64,000 nucleotides of DNA from an uncultured Planctomycetota bacterium (GCA_963845755.1 CAWJTV010000041.1:224001-288000), one strand, 5' to 3'; positions 11,221-24,830 are shown, numbered from the stretch's first letter. Notes: generated by a model from the letters alone, not told the origin. Translations and numbers: made by a program.

Positions 11221-13164
11221 TCAGGACAGATTCATGCTCATGAGGAACTCGGCGTTGGTCTTGGCCTTCTTCATGCGGCCGGTCAGCAGCTCCATGGCCT
11301 CGACGGGATTCATGTCGTTGAGGACGCGACGGAGGATCCAGACGCGGCGCAATTCCTCGGCGTCCATCAGCAGCTCTTCGCGGCGAGTGCCGGACTTGTT
11401 GACGTCGATGGCCGGCCAGATCCGCTTGTCGACCAACCGACGTTCGAGGTGGAGCTCCATGTTGCCGGTGCCCTTGAACTCCTCGAAGATGACGTCGTCC
11501 ATGCGGCTGCCGGTATCGACCAGGGCGGTGGCCAGGATGGTCAGGCTGCCGGCCTCCTCGATCTTGCGGGCGGCGCCGAAGAACCGCTTGGGCTTCTGCA
11601 AGGCCGAGGCGTCGATGCCGCCGGTGAGGATCTTGCCCGAGTGGGGCGCCTCGGTGTTATAGGCGCGGGCCAGCCGGGTGATCGAATCGAGCAGGATCAC
11701 GACGTCCTTGCCGTACTCGACCATCCGCTTGGCCTTCTCGATGACCATCTCGGCGACCTGGATGTGCCGCGAGGCCGGCTCATCGAAGGTCGAGCTGATC
11801 ACCTCGGCCGTCGGGCCCTTGACCGAGCGCTCCATGTCGGTGACTTCCTCCGGGCGCTCGTCGATCAGCAGGACCATGACGTACGAATCGGGATGATTCG
11901 TCAGGATGCTGTTGGCGATCTTCTGGAGGAGGATGGTCTTGCCGGTCCGGGGCGGCGCGACGATCACGCCGCGCTGGCCGAAGCCGATGGGCGTGACCAG
12001 GTCGACGACCCGCATGTTGATCTCGTCGCCGGTGGTCTCCAGGCGGATCCGGCCCTGGGGGTGCAGCGGCGTCAGGTCGTCGAAATTGACCTTCTCGCTG
12101 AGCTTGTCCGGATCCTCGAAGTTGATCGCCTCGACCCGCAACAGGGCGAAGTAGCGTTCGTTCTCCTTGGGCGGGCGGATCTGGCCCGAGACGATCGCGC
12201 CGGTCTTGAGGCCGAACCGGCGGATCTGGCTGGGCGAGACGTAGATGTCGTCGGGGCAGGGGAGGTAGTTGTAATCCGGGCTCCGCAGGAAGCCGAAGCC
12301 GTCGGGCAGGACTTCGAGCGTCCCCTCGCCGTACATCAGGCCGTTCTGCTTGACCCGCTCCTTGAGGATCTTGAAGATCAGGTCCTGCTTCTTCAGGCCC
12401 ATGTAGTCGGCGATGCCCTCGGTCTTGGCGGTGCGGATGAGCTGGGGCATCGTCATCTTCTGCAGCTCGGTCAGGTGGATCTCGCCGCGCTTGATGTCCT
12501 CATAGCGGTCGTGGAGCGCGGCGTCGCCGAAGATGTCCTCCTCGTCGTCGGGGTAATCGACGGGAACATCGACGTAGCTCGCGGGCGCAGGCCGCTCGTT
12601 CCGGACCGGGGGCCCGAACTCACGGTCCCGATCCCGTTCGTCGCGGGTGGAGAACGACGGCTCGCGCTCGGGCGATCGCGATACGCCGGCAGGGCTCGTG
12701 GTCGCGGCTCGCGCTCGCGGGCGATGGGCACCGGCGACGACTCGCGATCGCGGTCGCGATCCCGGGCCATGGGGATGCCTTCGTGATGCGTCGGGCCGCC
12801 GTCGCGGTCGGCCCGGTCCCGCGCCAGCCGTTCCCGCACCGAGAGTCCCGGCTCGCGCTCGGGGCGCTCCCGCACCGGCTCGCGCGCTCGGGGCGGCTCC
12901 CGTTCGGCCCGGTCGCGCAAATAACGGATCGGCTCGCGGTCCGCGGGGCCCTCTTCGCGGTAGGGCTCGCGGTCCTTGCGGTCCCGCGGACACCTCCACC
13001 GGAGCCGGGGGATCGGCCGCTCCGACGCCGTACGGCATCGCCGACGCCGGGCCGGCGGGCGTCCCATCCGCATCCTCCGGACCGGAGGCCGCCGCCGTGC
13101 TGGTGGTCTTGCGAATCCGCGAAGTGCCCGTCGATTCCCGGCGGGGGCGAGTCTCATTGGCCAT
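11221..13164 (-). CDS. rho: Transcription termination factor Rho with long N-terminal insertion
   Basis: [30 protein letters not shown], Walker [45 protein letters not shown]. Compensating frameshifts in the N-terminal low-complexity part. Confidence 0.98.
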   Translation of the reverse strand: MANETRPRRESTGTSRIRKTTSTAAASGPEDADGTPAGPASAMPYGVGAADPPAPVEVSAGPQGPRALPRRGPRGPRADPLFARPGRTGAAPSARAGAGAPRARAGTLGAGTAGAGPGRPRRRPDASRRHPHGPGSRPRSRVVAGAHRPRARAATTSPAGVSRSPEREPSFSTRDERDRDREFGPPVRNERPAPASYVDVPVDYPDDEEDIFGDAALHDRYEDIKRGEIHLTELQKMTMPQLIRTAKTEGIADYMGLKKQDLIFKILKERVKQNGLMYGEGTLEVLPDGFGFLRSPDYNYLPCPDDIYVSPSQIRRFGLKTGAIVSGQIRPPKENERYFALLRVEAINFEDPDKLSEKVNFDDLTPLHPQGRIRLETTGDEINMRVVDLVTPIGFGQRGVIVAPPRTGKTILLQKIANSILTNHPDSYVMVLLIDERPEEVTDMERSVKGPTAEVISSTFDEPASRHIQVAEMVIEKAKRMVEYGKDVVILLDSITRLARAYNTEAPHSGKILTGGIDASALQKPKRFFGAARKIEEAGSLTILATALVDTGSRMDDVIFEEFKGTGNMELHLERRLVDKRIWPAIDVNKSGTRREELLMDAEELRRVWILRRVLNDMNPVEAMELLTGRMKKAKTNAEFLMSMNLS

Positions 13165-13434
13165 GGGGTTCCATTCTCCTGTTCAAACCGAAACCGTGAT
13201 CTCGTCCAGCCCCCGGAAAATGACCGAGCCCCGAGCGCGGTCAACCAGGCAGGCATCTTTCCAGCCAAGCATGTCAGAAGCGATGGAGTTTCGCGAATCC
13301 CCTGGGTATGGCCGGGGGGAGAGCAGCCGGGAACATGGGATTGCAACGACCGTTCGTTGTGATGGGGTCGATCATTTGGAAGCGATTCAAAAGGGGACCA
13401 ACGGGGCAAGCCGGCCTGGACCGACACGAGGGGA

Positions 13435-14346
13435 TTACGACATCCCTCCCACGGGGGTGTGAACGTCGGAGTCAATCGGGCCGGGATCGTGTCGGCAGCA
13501 GGGCCGGTTCGAGGCTCCCGTCGGGGAGGCGAGGATTTCTCGGCGGGCGCGGGCGGCTGCGAGGAGCCGGGAGACGAATCGATCGACCTCCGACTGCAAG
13601 CGATCGGGTCCGGAATCATTCGTAATGATCCAGTCGGCGCGGCGGCGCTTCTCATCCGAGGGCCATTGCGCACGTTCGCGGGCCTCGAAGGTCTCCTCCG
13701 ACCAGCCCCGGGTCTCGGCCACGCGCCGCAGCCGTTCGAGGCGAGGGGCATCGACGAACACAATCCGGTCACAGAGGTCATCCCAGCCGGCTTCGAGCAG
13801 GATGGCGGCATCCAGCACGACCGCGGTGGAATCCTGCAGTCGCGCCAGACGATTGATCGTCGCCAGGAAACGGGCACGCATCGTGGGGTGCAAGATGGCC
13901 TCAAGGGCATGGCGGGCCGTGGGATCGGCGAAGACGATCGGCACCGAGGGCACGCCGATCGATCTGCGAAAGGGGTGCAACGGCTTCGCGAGGTTCCTCC
14001 AGCACATCGGTTCCGAATTGCTCGACGATTCTGGCGCGAATCTCGGGCTCTCCCAGGAGTTCGTGCCCGACAGCGTCGGCATTGATCACCGCCGCCCCAC
14101 GGTCTGCCAGGAGGCTCGCCACGCGGCTCTTGCCGCTGCCGATTCCTCCGATCAAGCCAACGACCGGGATCGCGCCGTGTTTCCATCGACCGCGCGGACA
14201 CGGCTCTTCAGGAGCGGTGGGACGGGGTCATCAACGGGGCTCCCGGCATCCGAAAGCGGACCTTGGACTCGCGTCGGCCTCGGGATCAAGACGCTCGGCT
14301 CGGGCCGTACCCTGACGTTTCCACCGGGTTCCCGCACGACGGACAC
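13435..14346 (-). CDS. coaE: Dephospho-CoA kinase (frameshifted; start uncertain)
   Basis: VVGLIGGIGSGKS..VINADAVGHELL (13901..14155), then ALEAILHP, VVLDAAILLEAGWDDLCDRIVFVDAP and KRRRADWIITN (13435..14082). Confidence 0.92.
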
Positions 14347-14905
14347 CCCCCTTCCGGCCGCGAGAAGATGATCGCGTGGCGAGTCGCCGGGTCAACGACC
14401 CTGGGGCGAGCCGGAGGTGATTCTCGAGGGTGGAAAATGGTCCCGGTGGCACGGGACGGGATCAACTGAACGAAGTCACTTGGTTTACAAGCAGGTGGGG
14501 TCCCTGAAGGTATTCTTGCCGACGTTGCTCGTCCAGGGCTTCTCGAAGCGGGGAGGCGCCGGAGGAGAGGAAGATCGGCGAGATGAGCCGAAGGGTAATC
14601 TCATGTTGGAGCAGATCGGTGACGATCGTTATCCAATTTATACGCGATGCCGGCCGTGTCTGCAATGGGTGTCCGACGTTCCAACGAAAAAATGCAAAGA
14701 AGGGCCGACTCTCCATCTGGGCTGAAACCCGCAGCCCGGGGGGCCTCGACAGCTCATCCATCCGTCGTTACATCTCTCGACCTCAACGGTGGATGCCCGG
14801 GACCACGAACCCGCAGGAGGTGAAAGTCCCGGAGTTCGTTCATGATAGGGTCGACCGGAAAACCATGAGAGTTCCCTACCGAGGTTAAGCTAACAAACAG
14901 CCGCC

Positions 14906-17713
<2,808 letters not shown>

Positions 17714-17768
17714 GTCGCTGCGCTCCCACCTTCCGTGAACGCGAAACACCGCACACGGAACCCCGTGT

Positions 17769-17797
17769 TTGACCGTGATTGTGGCGATTCTTACAAT
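17769..17797 (+). promoter_or_regulatory. Sigma70-type promoter upstream of paralog 1
   Basis: TTGACC-N17-TACAAT; the same hexamers and spacing recur at 19552-19580. Confidence 0.7.
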
Positions 17798-17874
17798 CGG
17801 AGCAATCCGAAAGATTCTCTCCGGAGATGGGCCGGAGCCGGACGCGACCCGCCGCTCGAAGAATACAATCATCC

Positions 17875-18147
17875 ATGCGTACAGAGGACGACACTTCGGG
17901 GCTCAAGATCGCCGTCGCGGCGTTTATCTCGCTCTCGGTCATCTTGGCCGTCAGTTGCTATTTCTTGTACTCGGCCTACTCGATGGCCGAGGCCCGGCTC
18001 GCGGACGCCCAGGTTGAGTTGAAGAGGGCCAAGGCAGCCCAGCAGACTCTCCGCGACCAGTACAACGACTTTCGGGCCAGAGTCGCCACCGAAACCTCCG
18101 CTGCCGACCCGGCGAAGAAGACAAAAGAGCCCGCAACGCCCCGATGA
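17875..18147 (+). CDS. Short membrane-anchored coiled-coil protein (N-terminal-only paralog of 19747..21366)
   Basis: GLKIAVAAFISLSVILAVSCYFLYSAYSMAEARL closely matches the N-terminus of the full-length paralog. Confidence 0.75.
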   Translation: MRTEDDTSGLKIAVAAFISLSVILAVSCYFLYSAYSMAEARLADAQVELKRAKAAQQTLRDQYNDFRARVATETSAADPAKKTKEPATPR

Positions 18148-18234
18148 CTCGCATTTCCCTTGAGATCGTATCACCAAACCGGTCGGGTTGGATGAACAGT
18201 TCGCATCCCATCCGCCTGGAGGGGCTCATCACCC

Positions 18235-19293
18235 ATGGGCGAATACCCTAACGCGGCCTTCGGCCGCAACCCAATGAGGAATTCCCGATTCGAGATTCCG
18301 GATTCCCGATCCAGGAAGGGTTCCCCTGGGAATCTCGAATCGGGAATCTCGAATCGGGAATCCAGGATTCCCCAGAGGCGCGCATGCGGCGGGGATCCTA
18401 CGGAGGAAGACCTTAACACGTCGCGGAGACTCAAGATCGCCGTGGCGGCCTTGATCGTCCTCTCGGTCACGTTGTCTGTCGCATCGTGGATCATCTACGA
18501 CAAGCAGGCGGCCGAGATCGCCGGCCTGAAGGCGGATATCAAGCGGTTGGAGGCCGGTTACTCCCGGAAGAAGGACGAATTGAAAACGATTGTGTGCGAT
18601 CTTCGCGATCAGGCCGAAACGGTCGGCACCATCCTCGATCACCCCGACGGCGATGTGACGTTCGTCGATTACGAGCGAGGCGCGGTCCATGTGAACATCA
18701 ACCGGGGCATGGGCGCCCGTCCACAGATGAAGTTGTCGGTCTTCGACGGCAATGCGTCCCGGGTCCCTTCCGAGAGGCCCAAGGGGACCATCGAGCTGAC
18801 CAGGGTCGGCGACCGGTTCAGCATCGCCCGGATCATCATCACCAGGACCGCGAGCCCGACCGATCCAATCAAGGCCGGCGACGTCGTCTACGCGCTCACC
18901 GTGCCGCCCAACCAGGCGACGCGGTTCGCCCTTGTCGGCAAGATCGACGTCAACCGCGACGGCAGGGACGACCGCGAGGAGCTCAAGCGGATGATCTGGG
19001 CGGCCGGCGGCGTGGTCGAGTTCGACCTGCCCCCGCCGGAGGTCGGCGAGGAGGCGGGCAAGATCACGCCCCGGATCGATTGGTATGTCACCGATGACCG
19101 GATTCCGATTCGGGAAGCCATCGGCAAGAAGCACCCCGATGCCGACCTGTTGCGACGGGCCAAGCTGGCGCAACGGGTTGGCGAGGTAGTAAAGGAGGCC
19201 CGGCGGGAGGGGATCCGCCCCATGCCGATCGGCCGGCTCCTGACCTTCCTCGGCTACAACACCAACACCCGTCCTGATCGACCGGGCGGATAG
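18235..19293 (+). CDS. Internally deleted paralog (TM + beta-barrel + BRCT-like) carrying an in-frame repeat insertion
   Basis: Start context tcatcacccATGG shared with 19747; LKIAVAA TM; C-terminal half highly similar to the 19747 gene; most of the coiled coil is missing. Confidence 0.8.
   Translation: MGEYPNAAFGRNPMRNSRFEIPDSRSRKGSPGNLESGISNRESRIPQRRACGGDPTEEDLNTSRRLKIAVAALIVLSVTLSVASWIIYDKQAAEIAGLKADIKRLEAGYSRKKDELKTIVCDLRDQAETVGTILDHPDGDVTFVDYERGAVHVNINRGMGARPQMKLSVFDGNASRVPSERPKGTIELTRVGDRFSIARIIITRTASPTDPIKAGDVVYALTVPPNQATRFALVGKIDVNRDGRDDREELKRMIWAAGGVVEFDLPPPEVGEEAGKITPRIDWYVTDDRIPIREAIGKKHPDADLLRRAKLAQRVGEVVKEARREGIRPMPIGRLLTFLGYNTNTRPDRPGG
18247..18411 (-). repeat. Heptamer-based palindromic element, copy C (inverted, intragenic)
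   Basis: Reverse complement of copies A/B with two 14-bp units; 165 bp, which is 55 codons. Confidence 0.9.
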
Positions 19294-19551
19294 GCCGATC
19301 ACAGCCGGCAACAGCCGGCCGACGCCACTCTTGTCGGCATCTCCGCCCGGGAAAGGTCGGGCGTCCGTCGCGCGAATCAGAGCCCTCCCGACACTCGGAC
19401 TCCGACGATCTCTCGGAGAGAGGGAACGAAATCAGGCCGTGCGCATCCAAGGGTGAGGAAGAATCTCACTGCCGGAATCGACCGGTACGACCTCGAAGCC
19501 GGGCCTTGCGGGGTAGGGCGCCGGCGGAGACCATGACGACCGTGTCCCGGT

Positions 19552-19580
19552 TTGACCGGCGTCGGGGGGGTTCTTACAAT
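19552..19580 (+). promoter_or_regulatory. Sigma70-type promoter upstream of the full-length paralog
   Basis: TTGACC-N17-TACAAT. Confidence 0.7.
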
Positions 19581-19746
19581 CGAATGAATCCGGTGAATTC
19601 TTCCGGTGAAGCGGACCCGATCGGATCGGAGCCGGAGAATTTCTTCCGGAGATCCTGCGTCTCCCCTCACGTGTGACATATTTTCAGCAAACCGGCGGAT
19701 TGCACGAGCAGGTCGCGACCGCTCCGCTCGGAGGGAGTCATCACCC

Positions 19747-21366
19747 ATGGCCGCAGCCAGTAACGAGTCGCAAGGACTGAAGATCGCCGTCGCGGCGTTC
19801 ATCGCCCTCTCGGTCATCTTGTCCGTCGCATCTTACTTCCTCTACTCAAACTATGCGTCGGCCGAAGCCCGGCTCGCATCGAATACGGAGGAACTGAACA
19901 AGGCCAAGAAGGCCCAGAGCGATGCCCTCAACCAGTACGATGACTTGAGGGGACGGATCGGCACCAAGGCGCAGGAGTACGACCCCGCCAAGGAGGAGAT
20001 CGCCAACCACTTCAAGGCCATCAACCAGCGGTTCGACAACATCGTCGCCGCGACCAACGCCGCGGTCCAGAAGGCCCAGGCCGCCGGTGCCGGCCAGGAA
20101 CTGCAAGAGGCCCGGGACAAGATCCAGCAGATCGTCCAATCCTACCGCGCCGAGCCCTCGAAGACGTATATCTCCTCGCTCGACCGGATCTCGGAGCTCA
20201 TGGAGTCGCTCTCGCTCTTGAGCACGGAGCTCTCGCTCAACTACAAGGACCTGAGGGACCGGCTCGAATCCGCGACCAATGTCGCCAAACAGCAGGTGAA
20301 CGTCCAGATCAAGTCGGCAGAGGCCAGCCGTAACGACCTCGATGGCGAGCACAAGAAGCACGAGGAAGAACGGCTGATGCTGGTCAACAAGGTCACCGAG
20401 CAGCAGACCGACATCGACAAGAAGGTCACCCAGATCGCCAACCTGCAGGCGGACATCAAGCGGTTGCAGGACGACTACGGCCGCGAGAAGGACCAGCTCA
20501 CGACGATCATCCGCGAGCTTCGCGATCGGGCCGAGAAGGTCGATACGATCCTCGATCACCCCGATGGCTACGTGACGTTCGTCGATTACGAGCGGGGCGA
20601 GCTCCAGTTGAACATCAACCGGGCCATGGGCGCACGTCCGCAAATGGCGATGTCGGTCTTCGACGCCAATGCGCCGGGGATCCCCACCGAGAAGCCCAAG
20701 GGGACCATCGAGCTGACCAAGGTCGGCGAGCAGTTCAGCATCGCCCGGATCACCAAGACCATGAGCCCGATCGATCCGATCCGCACCGGCGACATCATCT
20801 ACACGCCCGCCTGGTCGCCGAACAACCCGACGCGGTTCGCCCTCGTCGGCAAGATCGACGTCAATCGCGACGGCAAGGACGACCGCGAGGAGCTCAAGCG
20901 GATGATCCAGGATGCCGGTGGCGTGGTCGACTTCGACCTGCCCCCGCTGGAGATCGGCAAGGAGACGGGCAAGATCACGCCCCGGATCGATTGGTATGTC
21001 ATCGATGAGCGCGTTCCCTTCCGTCAGGTCTATGGCGAGAAAGAAACCGATGTCTCGGTGGCGAATCAGTCCAAGCTGGCGCAACGGGTCGGCGACGTGC
21101 AGCGAGAGTGCCGCCTCGAGGGGATCCGTCCCATGCCGATCGGCCGGCTCCTGAGCTTCCTCGGATACGACATCAACACCCCCGTGATCGGCCGCGCCGA
21201 GCACGTGAACACGGAGGCCATCCGCCGGCTGACGGCCCCCCGCGTGAGACCGAACGCCGTGTCGCAGCCGGCCGCGACTGCAACACCCAAGGCGGAGGAT
21301 GCCGACGAGATGAAGGAAGAAAAGCCCAAGAATCAGCCGGCCAAGAAGGCGGACGACGATCAATGA
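19747..21366 (+). CDS. Membrane-anchored long coiled-coil protein with beta-barrel (FlgT-C-like) and BRCT-like C-terminal domains
   Basis: ggagggag RBS; N-terminal TM; ~230-aa heptad-rich region; KGTIELTKVGEQFSIARI..DPIRTGDII; FALVGKID..REELKRMIQDAGGVVD..IDWYVIDE. Domain names are by resemblance only. Confidence 0.8.
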   Translation: MAAASNESQGLKIAVAAFIALSVILSVASYFLYSNYASAEARLASNTEELNKAKKAQSDALNQYDDLRGRIGTKAQEYDPAKEEIANHFKAINQRFDNIVAATNAAVQKAQAAGAGQELQEARDKIQQIVQSYRAEPSKTYISSLDRISELMESLSLLSTELSLNYKDLRDRLESATNVAKQQVNVQIKSAEASRNDLDGEHKKHEEERLMLVNKVTEQQTDIDKKVTQIANLQADIKRLQDDYGREKDQLTTIIRELRDRAEKVDTILDHPDGYVTFVDYERGELQLNINRAMGARPQMAMSVFDANAPGIPTEKPKGTIELTKVGEQFSIARITKTMSPIDPIRTGDIIYTPAWSPNNPTRFALVGKIDVNRDGKDDREELKRMIQDAGGVVDFDLPPLEIGKETGKITPRIDWYVIDERVPFRQVYGEKETDVSVANQSKLAQRVGDVQRECRLEGIRPMPIGRLLSFLGYDINTPVIGRAEHVNTEAIRRLTAPRVRPNAVSQPAATATPKAEDADEMKEEKPKNQPAKKADDDQ

Positions 21367-21499
21367 GTAGCCCGGCAGACCCAAGGTGACGCCGGCCGGC
21401 GGGGGTCTCCCTCGATTCCGTGCCCCCGCCCTCCCCATCCTGGGGCGTCGCGCGGGGGCTTTCGTGCTTGGGGTCCGGTCGCGGTCTGGAGCTGTTGGA

Positions 21500-21742
21500 A
21501 TGAGCCACGGCGTCGAGAAAAAGGCGCGCCCCTTCTGGGTCAGGGTCGGCCTCTGGGGACTTTCCACCCGCAAGTCGGCCTGGGTGTTCGTCTGGCTCTC
21601 CCTGGGGATCGCGATCGTGTCGGTCGCCTACGCCGCCGTGTCGGCCGATCGCCGCTTCCTCGTCGGTGCGAGCCTGGTGGTCGCCGCGCTCTGGTATTAT
21701 GCGTCGATCCGCTGGGTAGACCGGCACGGCTCGTGGTCGTGA
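21500..21742 (+). CDS. Small membrane protein
   Basis: PFWVRVGLWGLSTRKSAWVFVW..ALWYYASIRWVDRHG with two TM segments; ggag RBS. Confidence 0.7.
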   Translation: MSHGVEKKARPFWVRVGLWGLSTRKSAWVFVWLSLGIAIVSVAYAAVSADRRFLVGASLVVAALWYYASIRWVDRHGSWS

Positions 21743-21764
21743 ACGAGCACGCCGGTCGCGACCC

Positions 21765-22911
21765 TCAACGCAGATCGATGGGCTTGACCGGCCGGTGGGG
21801 CGGGCCGGTGTAGAGGGCGCGGGGCCTCATCAGGCGGTTGTGGTCGAGCTGCTCGATCACATGGGCGGCCCAGCCGGCGACCCGGGCCATGGCGAAGATC
21901 GGGGTGTAGAGGTCGATCTCCAATCCCATGTAGTGATACAGACGGGCGCTAGGCCAATCGACGTTGGGCGGCAGATTCTTCTGCGACGTGACCGCCCGCT
22001 CGATCGGTTCGGCGATCCGCTCCCATCGGTCGTCGCCCACCTCCCTGGCCAGCGCGATGCAGTGCTCCTTGAGGATCCGGCGCGGGGGTCGCCCGTCTTG
22101 TAGACCCGGTGGCCGAAGCCCATGATCCGCTCCTTGCGGCCAGGGCCCCCTCGATCCACGCGGCCGCGTTCTCGGGCGCCCCGACTTGCTCCAGGACCTT
22201 CCAGGCCTCCTCGTTGGCACCGCCGTGGAGCGGACCTTTGAGCGTGCCGACGGCCGCCACGATACCGGAGTAGATGTCCGACAGCGTTGACACGGTGACC
22301 CGCGCCGAGAACGTCGAGGCGTTGAGCTCGTGCTCGGTGTAGAGGACCAGCGAGATGTCGAAGGCTTCGCGCATGGTCGGGGACGGCACCCGATCGTGCA
22401 CCATGTTCAGGAAATTGGCGGAGTGGTCCAGGTCGTCGCGGGGCGGGATCAACGCCAGACCTTGACTGATCCGTCGGCGATAGGCCACCGCTGTGGCCAT
22501 CTGGGCAATCATGCGCTCGGCCTTGCGGACGTTGGCGGCATGGTCGGTGGGCGGCGCGTTGACCTCGGGATCGAAATGCGACAGCACGCTCACCGAGCTC
22601 CGCAACGCGTCCATGGGATGGATGTGCGCCGGGATCTGCCGGAGCAGCGCAACCAGCGGCTCGGGGATGGAACGCGACCGTCGCAGCCGGCCGTCGAACT
22701 CGCGTAACTGATCGCGGCCGGGCAGATCACCATGGAGCAGCAGGAACGCCGTCTGCTCGTACGACACATGGCCCGCCAGGTCCTCAATCCGGTATCCGCG
22801 GTACTCGAGACCTCCAGCGCCATCTTTCCCCTCGATGTTGGCAATCGCCGTCTCGCTGGCAATCACGCCTTCCAGCCCGGGATGATAATCGTTCGACGAC
22901 ACACCGCTCAT
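21765..22911 (-). CDS. Citrate / 2-methylcitrate synthase (2 frameshifts)
   Basis: PGLEGVIASET, LEYRGY, EHELNASTFSAR, LKGPLHGGANE, RIMGFGHRVYKTGDPR, PNVDW, LYTPIFAMARVAGWAAH. Confidence 0.93.
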
Positions 22912-23098
22912 GGACGAGCTCCGCAGAATACGGGGTCACGTGGTCAGTCCGGTCCGCCCCTTCTGCCCGAGGAGAACCTCCCGCAGCAGGGTCGGGCTCA
23001 ACGCCTAGGATCCGCTCCCTCCCCGATCGGGGGACGAGATCGAGATCGGTCTGGTCAGCCGTTGCGTCAAGGTGAGTCTTGGGTGGGAAGCTGCGAAA

Positions 23099-23340
23099 GA
23101 ATCGATTCAAAATAACAAATGCAAAATTCAAGATGGATGCAAGTCCTCGCGAAACAGGGCTTTGCGTTCATTGAATCTTGAATCTCGAATGATTTTCCCG
23201 ATCCTTCCACAATCCCGGAGAGGATGTGGAAGAATCGGATCGAAGATTCCAAACTCAAGACTCAACAGATGGAATGCCCTGTGTAGATAGCGTTTACATC
23301 CATTTTCCATATGGAATTCTTGAATTAGAATCGATTCCTT
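23099..23340. repeat. AT-rich long imperfect fold-back element with degenerate heptamers
   Basis: Nested inverted arms: gaatcgattc at both ends; atggatgcaag/tttacatccat; acagggc/gccctgt; ttgaatcttgaatctcgaat/attccaaactcaagactcaa; ccgatccttccaca/tgtggaagaatcgg. Confidence 0.7.
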
Positions 23341-23641
23341 CACGGCCTCCGAGTCCTGTCGAGAGGCGGGCGGCTATTCCCCGTAGACTCCGGCCTCGCT
23401 CGGCTTGACTCGCCCCGACTGCGGCCGCTGGCCGACAACATGGGACGATCCGGTGCCTTGCCTCCCGTTCATTCTTAGTCTAGACGAAGCGACGCGACTC
23501 TTCCATGACCCTGGCACCGATTCTGTGCGCAATGATGAAGACCGGGCGTGGGCATCGGACCTCGGGCGTCGGGGAGGATCCAACCTCGCCCCGATCGATC
23601 GCCGCAGGATGTTCCGGTCCGGACCTTCGCGGGTCACCGCA

Positions 23642-24310
23642 TCATTCTTTTTCGAAGCCCAACCGGTCCTCGCTCCGCTCCCCACCCGCCTCTCCGACGC
23701 CCGTCTCCCCGTCCTTGATCCCCGATCCGAGCAGGTGGCTGATTTCAACCATGTCACGCGAAGGCAACGAAAGCAATTGGACCGCCAATGCATCGATGGT
23801 CCTGAAAAAGTGGCGGAGGGATTCGATGCGATCCCTAAGATCATGGAGGTCAGGATGTTCCTCGGCCAGATTGAATGCGCGGTCGAGTACACGCAAGCTC
23901 GGGTCCAGCTCGCGGCGCTTGCGTTCGGTGAGGATCTTGCGAAAGAGCGTCCAAACATCGGTCTCGGCGCGAAAGAGTTCACGGCGTTCCCCGGCGCGGT
24001 GAACCTTGTGAACGACGCCCCAGGATAAGAGCTCGCGCAGGTTCATGCTGACGTTGCCCCGCGAGACCCCCAGCCGATGACGCAAGTCCTCGGCAGTCCA
24101 GTCAGTTCCGGAAATATACAACAGGGCAAACAGCTCACCCATCGACGAGTTGATGCCCCAGGCGCGCGCCATCAAGCCCCAGTGCTCGACGAATTGCCGG
24201 ATGAGCTGCTCGGCATCGGGCGACGAGCGGGGTTTGTCGCTTGACGAAGCAGACAACGATTTCTCCATAGAGTAGTCCGACGTCCTGAATTGTGCCGTTA
24301 CGGGGTCCAT
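23642..24310 (-). CDS. GbsR/MarR-family transcriptional regulator
   Basis: FVEHWGLMARAWGINSSMGELFALLYIS..LGVSRGNVSMNLRELLSWGVV..GERRELFRAE. The start may be 24268. Confidence 0.9.
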   Translation of the reverse strand: MDPVTAQFRTSDYSMEKSLSASSSDKPRSSPDAEQLIRQFVEHWGLMARAWGINSSMGELFALLYISGTDWTAEDLRHRLGVSRGNVSMNLRELLSWGVVHKVHRAGERRELFRAETDVWTLFRKILTERKRRELDPSLRVLDRAFNLAEEHPDLHDLRDRIESLRHFFRTIDALAVQLLSLPSRDMVEISHLLGSGIKDGETGVGEAGGERSEDRLGFEKE

Positions 24311-24668
24311 CGATCGCAGTTCCCGATCAACGACTCGGCCCCGGATCAGCCGTTCGGCTGTGCGGTCATCCTACAAACCAGGATTCATTCCTCGCAGGAG
24401 ACCATAAAACAAGACATCCACGATACCATGCGTGAATCATTCCTTTCAATCTGGCGCAACACACGGTAATGTGTAGGGAGGGGCACAACCGAGATCCGGT
24501 CAAATGCACGTAATTCCAAGAATTTGATGAAAGTAGGCGCCCAATTTCGGGTAGAATACCAATGCATGCCCCGATCCGCCTGTGTAGAATCCGGGCGCAT
24601 GGGGGATTGGTACCCGACATCTTGCTTCCTTGGGGCGGGTCCCTAGTTTGAATCGAGGAGATGTTCCC

Positions 24669-24830
24669 ATGCCTGAAACCGTGGTCCACTTCCAGATCCG
24701 CATGCCTCCCGTGCTCCACGAGCAATTGGCGAGCTGGGCCAAAGAGGACAAAGCGTCACTCAATGCATTGATTGTCGGCATCCTCGAGAAAGCCATCGAG
24801 CAGCACGAGAAATCGGGGCATAAGGATTAA
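24669..24830 (+). CDS. Arc-like ribbon-helix-helix DNA-binding protein
   Basis: gaggag RBS; FQIRMPPVLHEQLASWAKEDKASLNALIVGILEKAI fits the RHH pattern. Confidence 0.85.
   Translation: MPETVVHFQIRMPPVLHEQLASWAKEDKASLNALIVGILEKAIEQHEKSGHKD

Noticed and set aside
13435..14346. coaE, citrate synthase and other split genes as pseudogenes or programmed frameshifts
   Set aside because: All motifs are intact, no slippery sites are obvious, and indels are spread across the window, so assembly error is more likely.
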